A stretch of 64,000 nucleotides of DNA, from contig CM119371.1 of NCBI GenBank assembly GCA_051294905.1, positions 16,122,001 through 16,186,000 of the forward strand, given 5' to 3'. Source of the DNA: Botryllus schlosseri (Eukaryota). Below the pieces are notes generated by a model that was not told the DNA's origin, searched no databases, and worked only from the letters and a program-made list of their open reading frames with translations. Numbering within the stretch: position 1 is the stretch's first letter; each line of letters starts with the position of its first letter. Position numbers and translations under genes: made by a program. Below are positions 51,801 to 62,888 of the stretch, piece by piece.

Positions 51801-54800
51801 CTTGAGATTTGCAGTAAATAAATACAGTCCATCCTCAAGATTACCGGACCACGACTGACCTATCGATCTCGCTTCCCATGACATGCCGCCCTATTTCTTG
51901 TCGCATTCTTTTTCTATACTATCTTCTTTACTTTCATTCAGTGTGCATGCCTCCTCTTTACATCGCCTAGGCCAAGGTGGGTGTCAGATTCCATAGACTA
52001 TACTCCTTGTCGCTTCGACATCTTCCTGTCTTTTCATTGTATCGCATTTTGTGGTGTATTGAACTGATAAAATTGCTAATAAACCAATGATGAATGATGA
52101 TGATGAAGAAACATGTCAATTATATAATCCCTAAAAACAGCCAGTGTATTCAAAGAGCACATTATAACTACCTGACATCGGTTTTGCGGTTTCTAGTGAC
52201 CATTAGGAGCAATAAATGGCTGGCATGACATTTACACTCAATACCGAGAAGGCAAAAAATACATATTGAGCTGAGAGTTTTATGGAAAAATTGAGAATGA
52301 GATTCACAGATGCGAAAACGCCATTGCGAAACCCTCAAATGCAGGTTACATGGAGCATTACCGAAATATAATTCAAATATCTATGGTTGTACCGGTACAT
52401 CACATCTGACTCAGAATGTCTCCGGCCCCGAGAGAAATCCGAATCGCAATATAATAATATGATTAGATTCCAACATCCGTGTTCACAGTCCAATCCTTTA
52501 TATTTCTCGCAACACATACGCGGGGTTGACGACGGTATACGACTAAAACAACGGAAGAATAGAAACATGACAACTTATATCGTCGTCAGAGCCAATGGTT
52601 TCTCGGTATATAACAGTGTTCGGCCGCCCAATCGCTTATTGTCAATGCCATTGTTTACTAATAAAGGTGTAGCGTGAATAGAACCCCCATTTTCCGTAAT
52701 ATAATGTAATATATTACTGTGTTTATAGTCTTGATAATAAAATATTCAAAATGAAAACCAATTGCATGGGTTTTGAGGTAATATTTTGGAATGGTTGGAC
52801 TGGTACGGCCTTCAAGCGATATAAAATATTTGAATTCGGCCCGCGACGTAAGTTGAGTTTAACACCCATGGTGTAAATAAAACAGAGCGAATTTGATTCT
52901 AATTAAAAGTTTTATGTGGTCGGCTGACTTCTGTCAGGCATATGAACGGATACTTGAGCCATCCATACACAATATCCATATGTGGTGAACTTTGGCACAA
53001 CGGAAAGTTGCCGGGGAATCGTTGGTATAAGCAGGACGATGCAATCCATCGCCCGCTCTATTCGATTTTCAAATTGAGAATTTTACAGTACATTTGAAAC
53101 AATCGAATCAATATGGCCAAGTGTTATGTATACGCGATTCGAGTTGGCTTAATTGATAACATAAAAACTCTGGACGGGCGATGATTCAGGATTCTCTCGG
53201 GTGCTGTAACTGCCATTCGAACCGAAGCCTCTTCTATTCGGAGACCTCACACCGTTGCGCCTCTTTAAATTATACTTGCCAGTTGCCAGCGATATTACAC
53301 TCAATAAAGGATACCCCTGATTACGTTACCGCAAGGCTAAAATGGCATTTGTCGGGGATGATTGTATAGTAAAATCTTATCGACGAATATCCGTTTCATT
53401 GAAACGATTTAAGGTTACAGTCTTACAGATATAAGTGATCAACTGTGAAACACTATATTGGTTCGGGACTGTAATCCGATGCAAAGCGCGAAGAAGTCAA
53501 CGCAGTCATATTGTATTCGGTAGAATGGCGGTATTAAATCTTAAACACCCACACCAGCACCGAAACAGAACAGGATACAATGCTCGACCTCTATGCATCC
53601 CTCGAGGTATATTTTATATTTACAGGTGATCAAGACAATATTACCACAGTATTAAGACTGACTGCGATAAACTGTTAGCTTACAGCTTGGGCAAACTACA
53701 AATTACCAGAACACAACGATTGATTCGTGTACCGGAAATGAGTCACGTACGACACCGTCTGCTAGCCATTCGTTCGCCTTTATCGCACTTGCTTGCGTGG
53801 CATGTAATTCAAGAAAGGCGGAACCGCAGCACTGCTTCACACAGGCGTAAACGGTAGTACCGGTAGTTTGAAACCATACAAATTGCGAGAGACGCACGTC
53901 GTGTGTCCTAAATACCGCTGCGTGAAAATGATACCGAAGACGCTCATATAACACCGATGAGAGTCTATTAAACCTATGTTTCAAACAGAAGTCCTAGTTC
54001 AAGTATAGTCCTAGCTAATGACACCGGTCCGCGAAAGATGACGATGACATGACGCTGGCATCATTCCCGCACCGTGTTTAAATTACACGGAAAAGGAGCC
54101 AGCCAAACTCAAATGTATAAACACTAAACAGGTAGAAAACTGCAAATTTGCGGAGTGCCTATCGCAGCTTTGCTTCATCAATATCTTGGCAGAAAGTCAC
54201 ATTCACGTGACAAACTTTACATATGGTTCAGACGAAACAATTAGCGTCTTTATATAAAACCAGGTACGCAATGTACCAACTAACTTACAATGCGAATTTT
54301 CTGGTCTGTGATTTTGATTGTTGCGTCATACTTTTCCTTTTTGGTTTTGCTTTTAAATCTGTTTAAATCCCTTTAGTGTGCCGTTAACTCTTGGAAAGAG
54401 GCACCCGAAAAGTCTTCGAGTTCAATAAATATTATTTTACAATGGATATTGTATTGAAAACCAACTTATTAGTACGACACGGTTAATTTTTTACCCCAAG
54501 ATGCAAATCGATCATTCCAAAAAAGCCATACTCAAGAAACCTTTGGACGAACTGAAGTGAAATCTATCTTTTTTGCTATACTCAACGCTGGGAATGTCTA
54601 AAACCAAAATGTCTCTGTCTGATATTGCACTCATCTAAGGTAATCATCGGAAAATGTGAAAGGGAAAAGATATGCGAGCTAATCACGCTACCTGTATAAC
54701 TCCATTTTAGTTGTATTTTTGTGCCATGATAGTTGCTTATATGACGTGTTGGTATGCAAGGTTTTTCATATTTCTTAATGCGTTGAACATTGCCGTTGGA

Positions 54801-57800
54801 AAGTGGCAGCTATAGACGATTGATATTGTGTATATTCTATCACGACTGTAGTAATAAAAGACTAGCTAAATGAAAGTACACGACACATAAAAATTCAAGA
54901 GAATCAATGAATTGTGCGAGGAGTAGTAAAAATCAACGTGGTAGCGCTAATATAGGCAAAACAAGTCAGCATTTACGTAGAGTAGTAATACGATAACGAA
55001 TAATGCTTTACATTGGCAAGAAATCCTGGACGGGTAGAACTGGTTGGAATTTAGATATAGTGTGATTATTGAAACATGGATTGTTAACAACGGTGTTGAT
55101 TTTGCAATGCCTTAAATATTCAAAAGATTCATCGGAAACGGCTGCTATCAAAAACAGTCGGGGACAGGACAGGCAAATATTTCACATCAATCATATTTTG
55201 TTATTTAGCCGGCTTGCACGATTCTATAGAACATGACGACACCCCGTGTTATGTCTACATGTAACGAAAATATGGTAGCAACACCGACACATTAACTGGC
55301 ATTATGCGAGGATATTGATTAGAATAGATAGGCGAGACATTACGACTGTTAGTCGTGCTGTGATAGCGAAGTCGCTTACCAAGAATAACTTTGTATCCAA
55401 GAATTAGGTATATATTTCGTGCGACAGAGTGCTAAGTATAGTCGTGACGTCGATCACTAAATATTGCTGACACGGGGATCTTTTAACAGGCCATCCGCGT
55501 TGTAGAACATCAGAACTGCACGGGCCAAGAGCTTCATATCGTTAATTCAATACGGTAATTAAATATACACATGAAGTTATTGTGTCGGAAAAAGAATGAT
55601 ATTTCCAAAGGCCTAAATGCCACTGTTTTATAACGCTTGAATATTTTAACATAATAGTTGCAATGCATTGCATTATATTGCTGCAACGTTCTCCATATGT
55701 AATGATGTTTCTTAATAACGGAAAAAGGACAAACTATTGACACTTGACATTGTATAGAGCAGGACGAAAGGCCATACACCAGTAACTAGACACAAAACTG
55801 GGTAGAAGTATAGGCACTACACCAAACGAGAGTATACAGTAAACAAAATTATGCTCTCCCACCCTTATACTGGGTGTCAATGAGTAAAGTACACCAATTC
55901 TTGCGGGATATATCTCAGAGGTGTAGTAGGTTCTTGTTGTCGTGCATACCAGCCTAAGAATCAGAATCCACTACACCCCTCGGATATATCTCCATAAGAA
56001 TTGGTGTACCCAATTATAGTACAATTAATCTTACATGCAGGGAGTGTAATCCTAAGTAATCCTATACATGCAAAGAGGGTGAAGACCTTCCAGCCAATGA
56101 TGACATACGTAACCAAACAAGTAAGATGGCAGAAGTAGCTCTTACACCCAATGAGAGAGCAAGTAACCCCACACGCCAAGCGAATGGAAGCAGGTCCTTC
56201 ACACAATGAATGTAAATAAATCCCACTCTCAAAGACGATGGGCGTATTCCTACACGCTGAATGTGCAACTACTAGGTCCTTCGCCCAATGAGGTTAAATC
56301 TTAATTACCGTGCAAACGGCGATCTGCATGAGCGCGTCGAAGCCGCCTTCGGGCGAGTCGATGTTTCCGGAGATGGTCGTGGATTCGACCGCCATCCTGA
56401 AAGCCAGCTTGTCGGGAGAGATCTTCTGCTGGTGCTTGAAGCCGAATGGCGGTGCGCAGTCTCCGCCCTCTTGATTTTTGAAGCATGGGTTTTGCAATCT
56501 GCAGTTCACGGACAGGGGTAAGTCGAAAAGCCAGGAACTATTTCGTGGTTAATAAACACGATGTCGTTGTTGTTTGCTATTTCTTCTGGATGATGAGGTT
56601 TCCTACGAAACGCTACTTCTGGGTTTCGGCGAGCTTCCATTGTCTCGACAAGATTTTAATTTATATTTTCGGAATCAGCGCAACACTAGCTTTCGATTAA
56701 CACCAGTCATATTAAATTCCAGCGCTCGTGTCGCCAGCTATAGCACTACCAATTAAGCTGCTTTCAGATTGCTTAGCAATAGGAGAGACTGCTTGCCCAA
56801 GCGTATCCACCAGAAGTTGCGTACCTATCCGTAGCTTAGTAATCTATAGCAGGAAATAAATAACAGTTCTATTGCAGGAAGTTTAACGTTGGATAGACCT
56901 TGAAGAATAGAGACGTGTGTACTTACTGTGCAGGAACTGTGCTTGCGAACGGCATCATAACCTTGTCCACAAATGTACCGAATCCGAGCTGCACGTTATC
57001 CGTGACGCTGCTGATGTCTTCGGCCAATTTCGTTCCCAGAGTCTGCAGAGTCTTCAGATCGTCTTTCATCGAGTTGGATAAATCCATGACGTAGTACAAG
57101 TCGACGGGATAGTCGCTCACTTTACGGTACGTAATCCGGAACGTGTTTTTCTCGCCTGTAGTAGTTGAAATGTCCAATTAAACTGGTGATCAACACGTTT
57201 GGAAGGCGGGTGGCGCAGCGTTTTAACCGACAGCCCGAAGTCCCCAATGGTAGCCAGTTTGAGCCTTGGCATGGCAAGGTACCAAATTTCGGGGGCTTAT
57301 CTGAGGTCCTCCTAGCTGACCAAACTGAGTTAGTAGCGTAAACAAAAGCACAGACGGATAAAGTTGGTGTTAGAGTTTCGAAGTCCGCAGCATTCCCTGG
57401 GAAAATTGCTGATATATTTCAGTAAACTTTACCATTTCGGTAGCATAGATATTAGATCATGTTACAGATGAGATTAATCTCTATGGAAAACATGAAAAAT
57501 TTCGAGTACAGAATCCCCGAAGATGAAGAATGGGCAAAACTTGGGTTCGTAGCGATGGCTGTGAACGAAAATACGAAATTGGAAAATTGATATCAGCCAA
57601 AACATATCTTGATGCGGCGTGATATAACGTAGTGGTATAATCCACGGCTGCAACACCAATGGATTGCGGGTTCGAGTCCGACCGAGGTTGACTCCAGGAT
57701 TCCTATGTAAGTGTCGCAGGTTTATTTGGGCTCTTCCTCACCATATCATCCGTGAAAGCGGTTTCCTATAAAACCCTAGAAGTGTATGTGCTACAAGTCG

Positions 57801-60677
57801 GCAGCTGCGGAATAAAATGAAGAAAACTGACCTGGTGTAAATGACCATAGTAGTCGACAAACACCATGGACATCACAAACAAACCTATCGTGATGATTAG
57901 TACCTGCTCAAAATAAATTTAGTCTGCTGATGTATTCACGGGTGTCGTTATTATTGATTTACAACAACAAGTTACCTTTCCATCTACCACCAATTATACT
58001 ACTAATTAAACATGGTACAATATACAAGAGTGAGACGCCCACACTCTGAAAATAGAGAATTAAATACTTTCGATGCAAGTCATCACGAAGTTCCAGGACA
58101 TGGAGAGTGGAGACGTTTGAAGCCATTCGTATGTTAATGGATATGCGAGTATTTAAACGTCAACATGACCGCTTGATAAACTCCAACATATATTTTGATG
58201 GCACCTCGGTCTACCAAATCCAGTCTGCATCGTTTTATTTGGTACCCGATTAATGTATGTCAGTGGGCACGTTTCGCACTATACAGTTGCTTTTTCACGA
58301 AAACCAGAACTTAGAGTAAAATTAATATGAGAGCATGGACACATTTCACAAATTAGATTAGAATTAGATTACCCGCATTTAGGGTTGGGACTTCGGGATC
58401 AAATTTCAAATCCCGGGATCGGGATTTCCCGGGATTTTCGCTCCTCAATCCCGGGATTTCCCGGGATTGGCAAAGTAGCAAAATGCACATACAAGCTACA
58501 CAGACAACATTAATTCCTTGCAATATTGACGCAAAAACATGCTCCCGTGAATACGAATGAAACGCAGCGATCGAAAGCAACCCGGAACCGTTTAGCGTTT
58601 AAGCGTTTAAGCGTTTAAATTCATGTACCGCCTGCTTCGAGTATAGGAGTTGATTTGTCCAACGTGATCGAAAAATATCCATCATTCCGTTACATTGCCA
58701 TAAGCTCTTCTTCCACACACTTGCGGATTTCCTTTGTGCTCGATCACGAAGTCCCGAACCCGTTTGTGACATCTTGGCAAGTTATAGCCGTCAGCCTTGA
58801 AGGCCCGACGAATTTGCTCACTTTGGAGCAATTTGTTTAAATGCTAGCCCGTCCACAGCAGTTAACTGGCTAGGAAGTTCATCGAACCGAGAATTATGCG
58901 ATTTATAAAAGGAAAGATATTTTTTTGACTTGTGCGATTGAGTCATGCGGTTGATTTAATTACTATCATGTGTACGGACCTTGAATGCGTTACCAGTCCC
59001 TTTGTGCTATACCAGTGGTTCCCAACCTTTTTCGTCTTATCGCCCCCTTATCAACCTCGACACACATTTTCGCCCCCCATACCCTATCGCCCCATATTTA
59101 CAGATCCGAAGAATAGGACATATAAAAGGGAAAGTCATTCACCTAACTACTTTGATCGCCAAAGAATTGAGTAAATAAAAAGGTAATTTTTCCAAGTAGA
59201 GTAGGTGCTTCAAAAACCGGTTTCCGCCGTTAAGTTGACCATTTTTTAGTCGACTTTGGCGTCGTATGCAGAATAAGCCACTGCTACGATCCGTAGACTA
59301 CGACGGAAATGATCGTGCAGTTCATTTTATGCCATAGTTGGTTTTATTATCATATAATTGGGAATTGTTTCAGACAATCAGCCGAGTTTGTAACACTGCT
59401 TTATTACCAAAATAAGAGACATGACGCTACGTAAGCCTTGGTAGATGCTGTTTACAAATCCCGGGATTTCATTGCGATTAATCCCGGGATCGGGATTGCT
59501 TCAAAACCCGAGATCCCGGGATCGGGATTTCCCGGGGTCCCAACGCTACCCGCATTACGCTCTAATTACCGTGGTCTAATTGGTCAGCTAGAATATCTAG
59601 TTTCGTAAGTCTGGGTGCAACGCGTTACGGCGTAACATTGCATGGGGAGTTCATAAATCGGCATGCAATATATTCCAGTCACACCGGAGTATAATTCGCC
59701 TGATACAAGCTGTACAGTGTACAGTTTACACTGTACAAGTGCAAGTGATGTTGAGAAACGAAAAGGGTATACAACTGTTGAACTATACATAATGTCATGA
59801 TAGAAAAACACGATAGGTATATCGAAGTCTACTGATTTACAGTTGTTGATATTATCTGTATAAAGTCCATCCCATAATCCTCAATGTATCTATAGATAAC
59901 TAACCTATGGATAGATACGCAACACCCGTCGTGACGCTTTTTTGCTATAAGGAAATTACTGCTCAGTAATCTGAAAGCAACATAATTGCTAATCCCGTAG
60001 CGGACGACCAGAGCGCTCAAATTAAACAAAGTTGATTTTATTTGACAGCTACTGTAGCACTTATTCCGAAAATACATATTAAAATCTGATCGGGGCAATG
60101 GAACCCCCTCGAAATACACCTCGAAGTCTGAAAATCGGCATTGTTCAGAACAATCGCAACCACGCAAGGGCCATTGTTATGGTCAGTGTGCTGCGTGGCT
60201 GCGAATGTTTAGAACAATGCCGATTTTCAGAATTTTAAGGCTATTTCGGGGTGGTTCCATTGCCTTGATGAAATTTTATCGTATATTTTCAGAATCAGCG
60301 CGACAACAGCTTTCAAATAAGATCAACTTTTTTAAATTTGATCGCTCGGGTCGTCACCGATGGGATTAGCAATTAGTTGCGTTCAGATTGCAGAGCAATG
60401 ATTCCCTCTGAGCGAGCAAACGTAACGACGGGTGCTGCGTATCTATCCGTAGGCTAGTTATCTATAATGTATCACACGTCAACAGAACAACCACAACCGC
60501 AATGCATCCGTACCTTTTCGTAGCTTCAAGTGAATTTTTTGCGGCTGGAGCTGTATGATCGTTTCAGGCTTATTTTCCGGATCCGATAGTGGTAAATTCT
60601 TTAACTTTCTGATCACACTTCTTGGATTTGCCATCGAAACGTTCAAGTCCTTACATGACTGCTTTGTTTTGAATGTA
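24824..60677 (-). CDS. ITGB: Integrin beta subunit, spliced gene span (16 exons in window; 5' exons not found)
   Basis: [39 protein letters not shown], four I-EGF repeats, TM helix, NPIF and NPTY motifs; all junctions GT-AG with consistent phases; paralog identity not assignable. Confidence 0.96.
25080..25300 (+). repeat. Degenerate (GTTCTA)n-TTTTGAAAAGTGAG minisatellite, same family as 29670-31065
   Basis: Repeated TTCTAGTT and TTTTGAAAAG(T/C)GAG motifs at ~40-bp spacing. Confidence 0.65.
25305..25675 (+). mobile_element. tRNA-derived SINE, family A (shared core, I-group LINE-like tail)
   Basis: A box TGGCGCAGCTGG; core CTAGGCTCTTCATCGCC...GAGCCGTGCTACAAGTCGGCAGC; tail GTCGTGGCAGC...GGTGATAAGCGCCAC...(TAA)n. 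Confidence 0.82.
25848..26014 (-). CDS. ITGB: Integrin beta exon (transmembrane and proximal cytoplasmic)
   Basis: [56 protein letters not shown]. Confidence 0.95.
26204..26334 (-). CDS. ITGB: Integrin beta exon (beta-tail C-terminal half)
   Basis: [43 protein letters not shown]; phases match neighbours. Confidence 0.88.
28737..29015 (+). mobile_element. tRNA-derived SINE, family B (shared core, AAATGACCATAGTAGTCGAC tail)
   Basis: A box TAGTGCAGCGG, B box GGTTCGATTCC, core CTAGGCTCCTCCTCG...GTGGGCCGTGCTATAAGTCGGCAG, (AAAC)n end; multiple copies in window. Confidence 0.85.
29265..29392 (-). CDS. ITGB: Integrin beta exon (beta-tail, with extra Cys block)
   Basis: [48 protein letters not shown] acceptor, GTGAGT donor, phases 0 and 2 match neighbours. 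Confidence 0.85.
29670..31065 (+). repeat. Minisatellite: 15 near-perfect 47/41-bp units (~30135-30840) within degenerate ~42-bp units
   Basis: Unit GAGTTGTTCTAGTTCTAGTTCCAGTTCCAGGTGCGAGTTTGAACAGT; no unique spacers. Confidence 0.97.
31144..31275 (-). CDS. ITGB: Integrin beta exon (end of I-EGF4, start of beta-tail)
   Basis: [44 protein letters not shown]. Confidence 0.9.
32657..32844 (-). CDS. ITGB: Integrin beta exon (I-EGF3/4)
   Basis: [19 protein letters not shown]...[19 protein letters not shown]. Confidence 0.93.
33109..33834 (-). mobile_element. SINE family B copy interrupted by a MITE
   Basis: Head and core at 33604-33834, remaining tail at 33109-33151. Confidence 0.8.
33152..33595. 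mobile_element. hAT-type MITE (TAGGGTTGCATTTAAAAC family)
   Basis: TIRs TAGGGTCGCATTCAAAAC / GTTTTAAATGCAACCCTA; perfect 8-bp TSD ACTACAAT. Confidence 0.9.
34545..34686 (+). mobile_element. SINE family D, 3' fragment
   Basis: GAAAGCCGTACAAGGC...TATCATGAGTCGGTGT...GTCCTTCCC matches 45530-45660. Confidence 0.7.
34781..34908 (-). CDS. ITGB: Integrin beta exon (I-EGF2/3)
   Basis: [42 protein letters not shown]. Confidence 0.93.
35172..35370 (-). CDS. ITGB: Integrin beta exon (end of hybrid, I-EGF1/2)
   Basis: [42 protein letters not shown]...DVC. Confidence 0.94.
35601..36117. mobile_element. hAT-type MITE with GACTCGAGTC subterminal repeats
   Basis: CAGGGTT / AACCCTG termini; flanks ATAAAAAT / ATAGAAAT (7/8). 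Confidence 0.8.
36931..37427. mobile_element. hAT-type MITE (TAGGGCTGGGC family)
   Basis: TAGGGCTGGGCA / TGCTCAGCCCTA termini, TCGAGTA/TCGATT repeats; flanks CTTAGAGG / CTTAGATG (7/8). Confidence 0.8.
38048..38156 (-). CDS. ITGB: Integrin beta exon (hybrid domain)
   Basis: [36 protein letters not shown]. Confidence 0.88.
38340..38668 (-). mobile_element. tRNA-derived SINE, family D
   Basis: Reverse-complement homologue of 45363-45660. Confidence 0.8.
39057..39172 (-). tRNA. tRNA-Leu(CAA) with 32-nt intron (39103-39134)
   Basis: GTCAGGATGGCCGAGTGGTCTAAGGCGCCAGACTCAAG | intron | TTCTGGTCTCCGAATGGAGGCGTGGGTTCGAATCCCACTTCTGACA; intron one base 3' of anticodon; followed by CCTTTTT Pol III terminator. 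Confidence 0.96.
39925..39996 (+). repeat. (TAGCA)n microsatellite, preceded by degenerate (TAGTA)n from ~39790
   Basis: Direct reading. Confidence 0.95.
40215..41468 (+). pseudogene. Harbinger DDE transposase (HARBI1-like family) with one in-frame stop at 40380-40382
   Basis: FWVHP...GE*HRLIQE...[47 protein letters not shown]; ORFs 40125-40382 and 40443-41468 share a frame; start codon (40215 or 40257) uncertain. Confidence 0.9.
41585..41846. mobile_element. Possible hAT MITE nested between the two Harbinger genes
   Basis: CAGGGGTCGCCAAC / GTTGGTAACCCCTG inverted termini; TSD not recognisable. Confidence 0.5.
41944..42896 (-). CDS. Harbinger accessory DNA-binding protein, MADF (Myb/SANT-like) plus BESS-like motif; spliced, probably disrupted
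   Basis: Exon 42896-42761 [19 protein letters not shown]...NAWNRIA; exon 42684-42525 [17 protein letters not shown]...RSG...W...MSFL; exon from 42463 (TSSNF) hits a TGA near 42361; terminal segment [33 protein letters not shown]. Confidence 0.85.
43697..44252. mobile_element. Foldback (near-palindromic) element, family 1
   Basis: Left arm AATAGTATATTC...GAACCCG...CGGCTGACACTCGTCAGGGG pairs with right arm to a centre near 43975; partial relatives at ~26630-26675 and ~49795-49885. Confidence 0.85.
45363..45660 (+). mobile_element. tRNA-derived SINE, family D (possibly MetaSINE-like), full copy
   Basis: A box CAGTGTAATGG, B box GGTTCGATCCC, then GGTCAGACCAAAGAC...TGGTATCCATGGCTTCCC...TTGGCGCTCA; tail GTCCTTTCCCTTCC; four copies in window. 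Confidence 0.82.
45747..45884 (-). CDS. ITGB: Integrin beta exon (hybrid domain)
   Basis: [46 protein letters not shown]. Confidence 0.9.
46611..46726 (-). tRNA. tRNA-Leu(CAA) with 32-nt intron (46657-46688)
   Basis: Exons identical to 39057-39172; two intron substitutions; CCTTTTT terminator. Confidence 0.96.
46960..48630. mobile_element. Cluster of four SINE family B copies (~46960-47123 -, ~47570-47822 -, ~47858-48132 -, ~48452-48630 +)
   Basis: Each has CCGACTTGTAGCACGG or GTGCTACAAGTCGGC core and the GACCATAGTAGTC-type tail. Confidence 0.82.
49443..49532 (-). CDS. ITGB: Integrin beta exon (end of beta-I domain)
   Basis: [30 protein letters not shown]. Confidence 0.94.
49600..49749 (-). 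CDS. ITGB: Integrin beta exon (beta-I domain)
   Basis: [50 protein letters not shown]; an alternative in-frame acceptor lies 24 nt downstream. Confidence 0.92.
50704..50835 (-). CDS. ITGB: Integrin beta exon (beta-I domain)
   Basis: [44 protein letters not shown]. Confidence 0.95.
51718..52870. mobile_element. Non-autonomous hAT (Charlie/Buster-type) element
   Basis: CAGGGTTGTCAAAC / GTTTAACACCCATG termini, GGCCCGCG motifs; flanks GTGTAGAT / GTGTAAAT (7/8). Confidence 0.72.
56309..56498 (-). CDS. ITGB: Integrin beta exon (beta-I domain, specificity loop)
   Basis: [23 protein letters not shown]...[22 protein letters not shown]. Confidence 0.96.
56610..56848. repeat. Single arm of foldback family 2
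   Basis: Collinear with right arm 60235-60466 (TATATTTTCGGAATCAGCGC, TTCAGATTGC, CTATCCGTAG...ATCTATA). Confidence 0.7.
56927..57155 (-). CDS. ITGB: Integrin beta exon (beta-I domain MIDAS)
   Basis: [33 protein letters not shown]...[20 protein letters not shown]. Confidence 0.97.
57614..57885 (+). mobile_element. tRNA-derived SINE, family B
   Basis: Collinear with 28737-29015 (GGTTCGAGTCC B box, GTGCTACAAGTCGGCAG core, AAATGACCATAGTAGTCGACAAAC tail). Confidence 0.85.
58380..59548 (-). mobile_element. Internally deleted hAT transposon with degraded transposase remnant (~58610-58870)
   Basis: TIRs TAGGGTTGGGAC / GTCCCAACGCTA, CCCGGGAT subterminal repeats, perfect 8-bp TSD CCCGCATT; frameshifted minus-strand translation [10 protein letters not shown]...FSITLDKST...RRYMNLN resembles the hAT FSxTxDxWT region. 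Confidence 0.85.
59891..60466. mobile_element. Foldback (near-palindromic) element, family 2
   Basis: TATAGATAACTAACCTATGGATAGATACGCA... pairs with ...TGCGTATCTATCCGTAGGCTAGTTATCTATA along both arms; centre near 60178. Confidence 0.85.
60514..60677 (-). CDS. ITGB: Integrin beta exon (end of PSI, start of hybrid domain)
   Basis: [31 protein letters not shown]...[24 protein letters not shown] acceptor; phase matches next exon. Confidence 0.88.
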
Positions 60678-61762
60678 CTGTGAAAAATGTCACATTAAAA
60701 TCGAGAATGATATAGGAATCCGCGAGAGGGCAGTAGCGTGCAGTCGCTATAGCAACTGAATTAGTGTTATTCATCCACCAGCTATGTGCAAAGAATACTA
60801 AGCCTTCCGTAAGTATTTCCGAAGTACCTCATAGCTGAACTGACTGTCAATAATATAAATACTGTTTCCTTCCTTTACGCTCATCGAAATGAACTTGATG
60901 CTGTCTTGCTGCCGTTTTAGTATTGTTGGTGTTTTGATCGAGGACAATTTACACCTTAGTTATGATTCCAGAGCTGCCGACTTCTAACACGGCCGGTTCA
61001 TCGTTCTTAGAAGTTCGTACGACACATCCCATGCGGATTCGATAAAGAATGAGGCCCGCGGTCAATCCCGATACTTGATAATTGATTCGAAACTCATATT
61101 TATTCAGAATTAGCCTCGAAACTCACATAAAATGATTATGAATAATGAATGAATGAATGATGTGTTTCATGTGCCAATGTTGTTTTCTTTACGGTTGGAC
61201 AAATCAATAAATCTCTCTCTCTCTGTGTGTGTTCCGATTATTGTAACAATAGTTAATCATGCTTTAGGTTGAGCGAAATCGAACATGTTTCAACGTACAA
61301 ATTTCTTCAGTGGAATATAATCAATATAGATTGAAAACCTGCTAGAAATACCTTCGACATTTGATCTATGTGGTGACGTTTTGCCCGTCCATACTATTAT
61401 AATTTGATTGATATGGGTGGTGCTATGGACAATGGACATACGTCAAGCGAAGTATGCCTAAAATACCGTTTAAACATGGGCACTCGAACTAGAATATTTG
61501 TAAAGCCATATTATGATATTAAAAATTTTACCCAGAGTTATTTTAGCTGGTTTAGATATGGATTGTGTCCGTGCACTGGATTATGTCCATGGTGTACACT
61601 GTACATGCACTCGAAAAATAATACATATCAACATCAGTTTTCGGTACCGTACATCAAATTATACTTCTAATGAGTAACAGCATGGTCGGTTTTGGCAATC
61701 CTATGTAAAAAGACTGATATCTAAATAAAACATTAAATTCCAATCTACAGCACTACCTAGAA

Positions 61763-62888
61763 CAGGGGTTCTCAAAGGGTGGGCCACAAGAGCATTTGAG
61801 GTGGGCCACGGAGCAATTTGGAAAATTTTAGAAATAACGTACCGTAAGTTTAGTAATATTTGTTGTGTGAATCGCTAAAAAATAAGTTCGTAATGGGTGG
61901 TTATACGTAGGCTACATTAAGCTTTTCATCCGACTCTGATGAGACGTAGTGGTACGTATGGAGTCAGCATTTCAAGTCGAAAATAGGAGGCAGAAACGAC
62001 GTCTTTTTCTACTGCCTATTACTACCTATGGCTAACAGCAACTAAAATAATTTTGCGTATATAATACCTGCTGGAAGGTGATGCTGAAGTAACCAAGTAT
62101 TCCGGTAGTGTCATAATGTCGTATGCCGTTGAAAGGGGTGTGTAATAAACTCGGAATGAAGTGTAATTGATCTATAGATTTACTGTCGTATAATTGTAAG
62201 TCAAAAACGGCCATAATTACAAATTATTAGCAACTTCTGGTGGAGGTATACTGCATCACCGCAACGAATAGTAATAGATTGAGGATTCAGTGGAGCGCAT
62301 TAATATTTGGAGTCGGTTTAAAATGTCATGCCTGTAAATTGATAGTATCACTGGATTGAATATTCCGACATCGCAACTTTAGTTAGTTCAGTACGTGACA
62401 TACAATGTAGTACATGGTACGCATACAGCATGCATAATAAGAAAATCTTCCTCCATTCCTCTGTAGTATCTTATTCACCAATGAATTGTTTGGAGCTGGC
62501 CCAGAATGATTTAACTATTACCCTGAATAGTGGAACTAAAATATCAATCACACAGTGTATGCGGGAATTCGATAATTGTGTTTCGCGAAGCGAATGGAGC
62601 AGCGGACGATCATAAAATACTCAGAAGTTTTAGCATATGATCTACCAGAGCCGTAACTGCCGCACCCAAACCCCCAATTGAGGGAGCTGGAAGATTATTT
62701 CGTTGGTAATTTGTTGGAAGACATTCATTCAACTTGAAAATTTTCGTCGCGCTTCATGCCCCGGCGTGTTTATACTTTAATTTCATCAGTAAATAAGGAG
62801 AAAATATGACTTCAAGATTAGAGGTGGGCCACAGCATATTTTCAAACCGGAAAATGGGCCACGGCCAAGACAGGGCTGAGAGCCCCTG
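61763..62888. mobile_element. Non-autonomous hAT (Charlie/Buster-type) element
   Basis: TIRs CAGGGGTTCTCA / TGAGAGCCCCTG, TGGGCCAC subterminal repeats, perfect 8-bp TSD ACCTAGAA. Confidence 0.88.
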
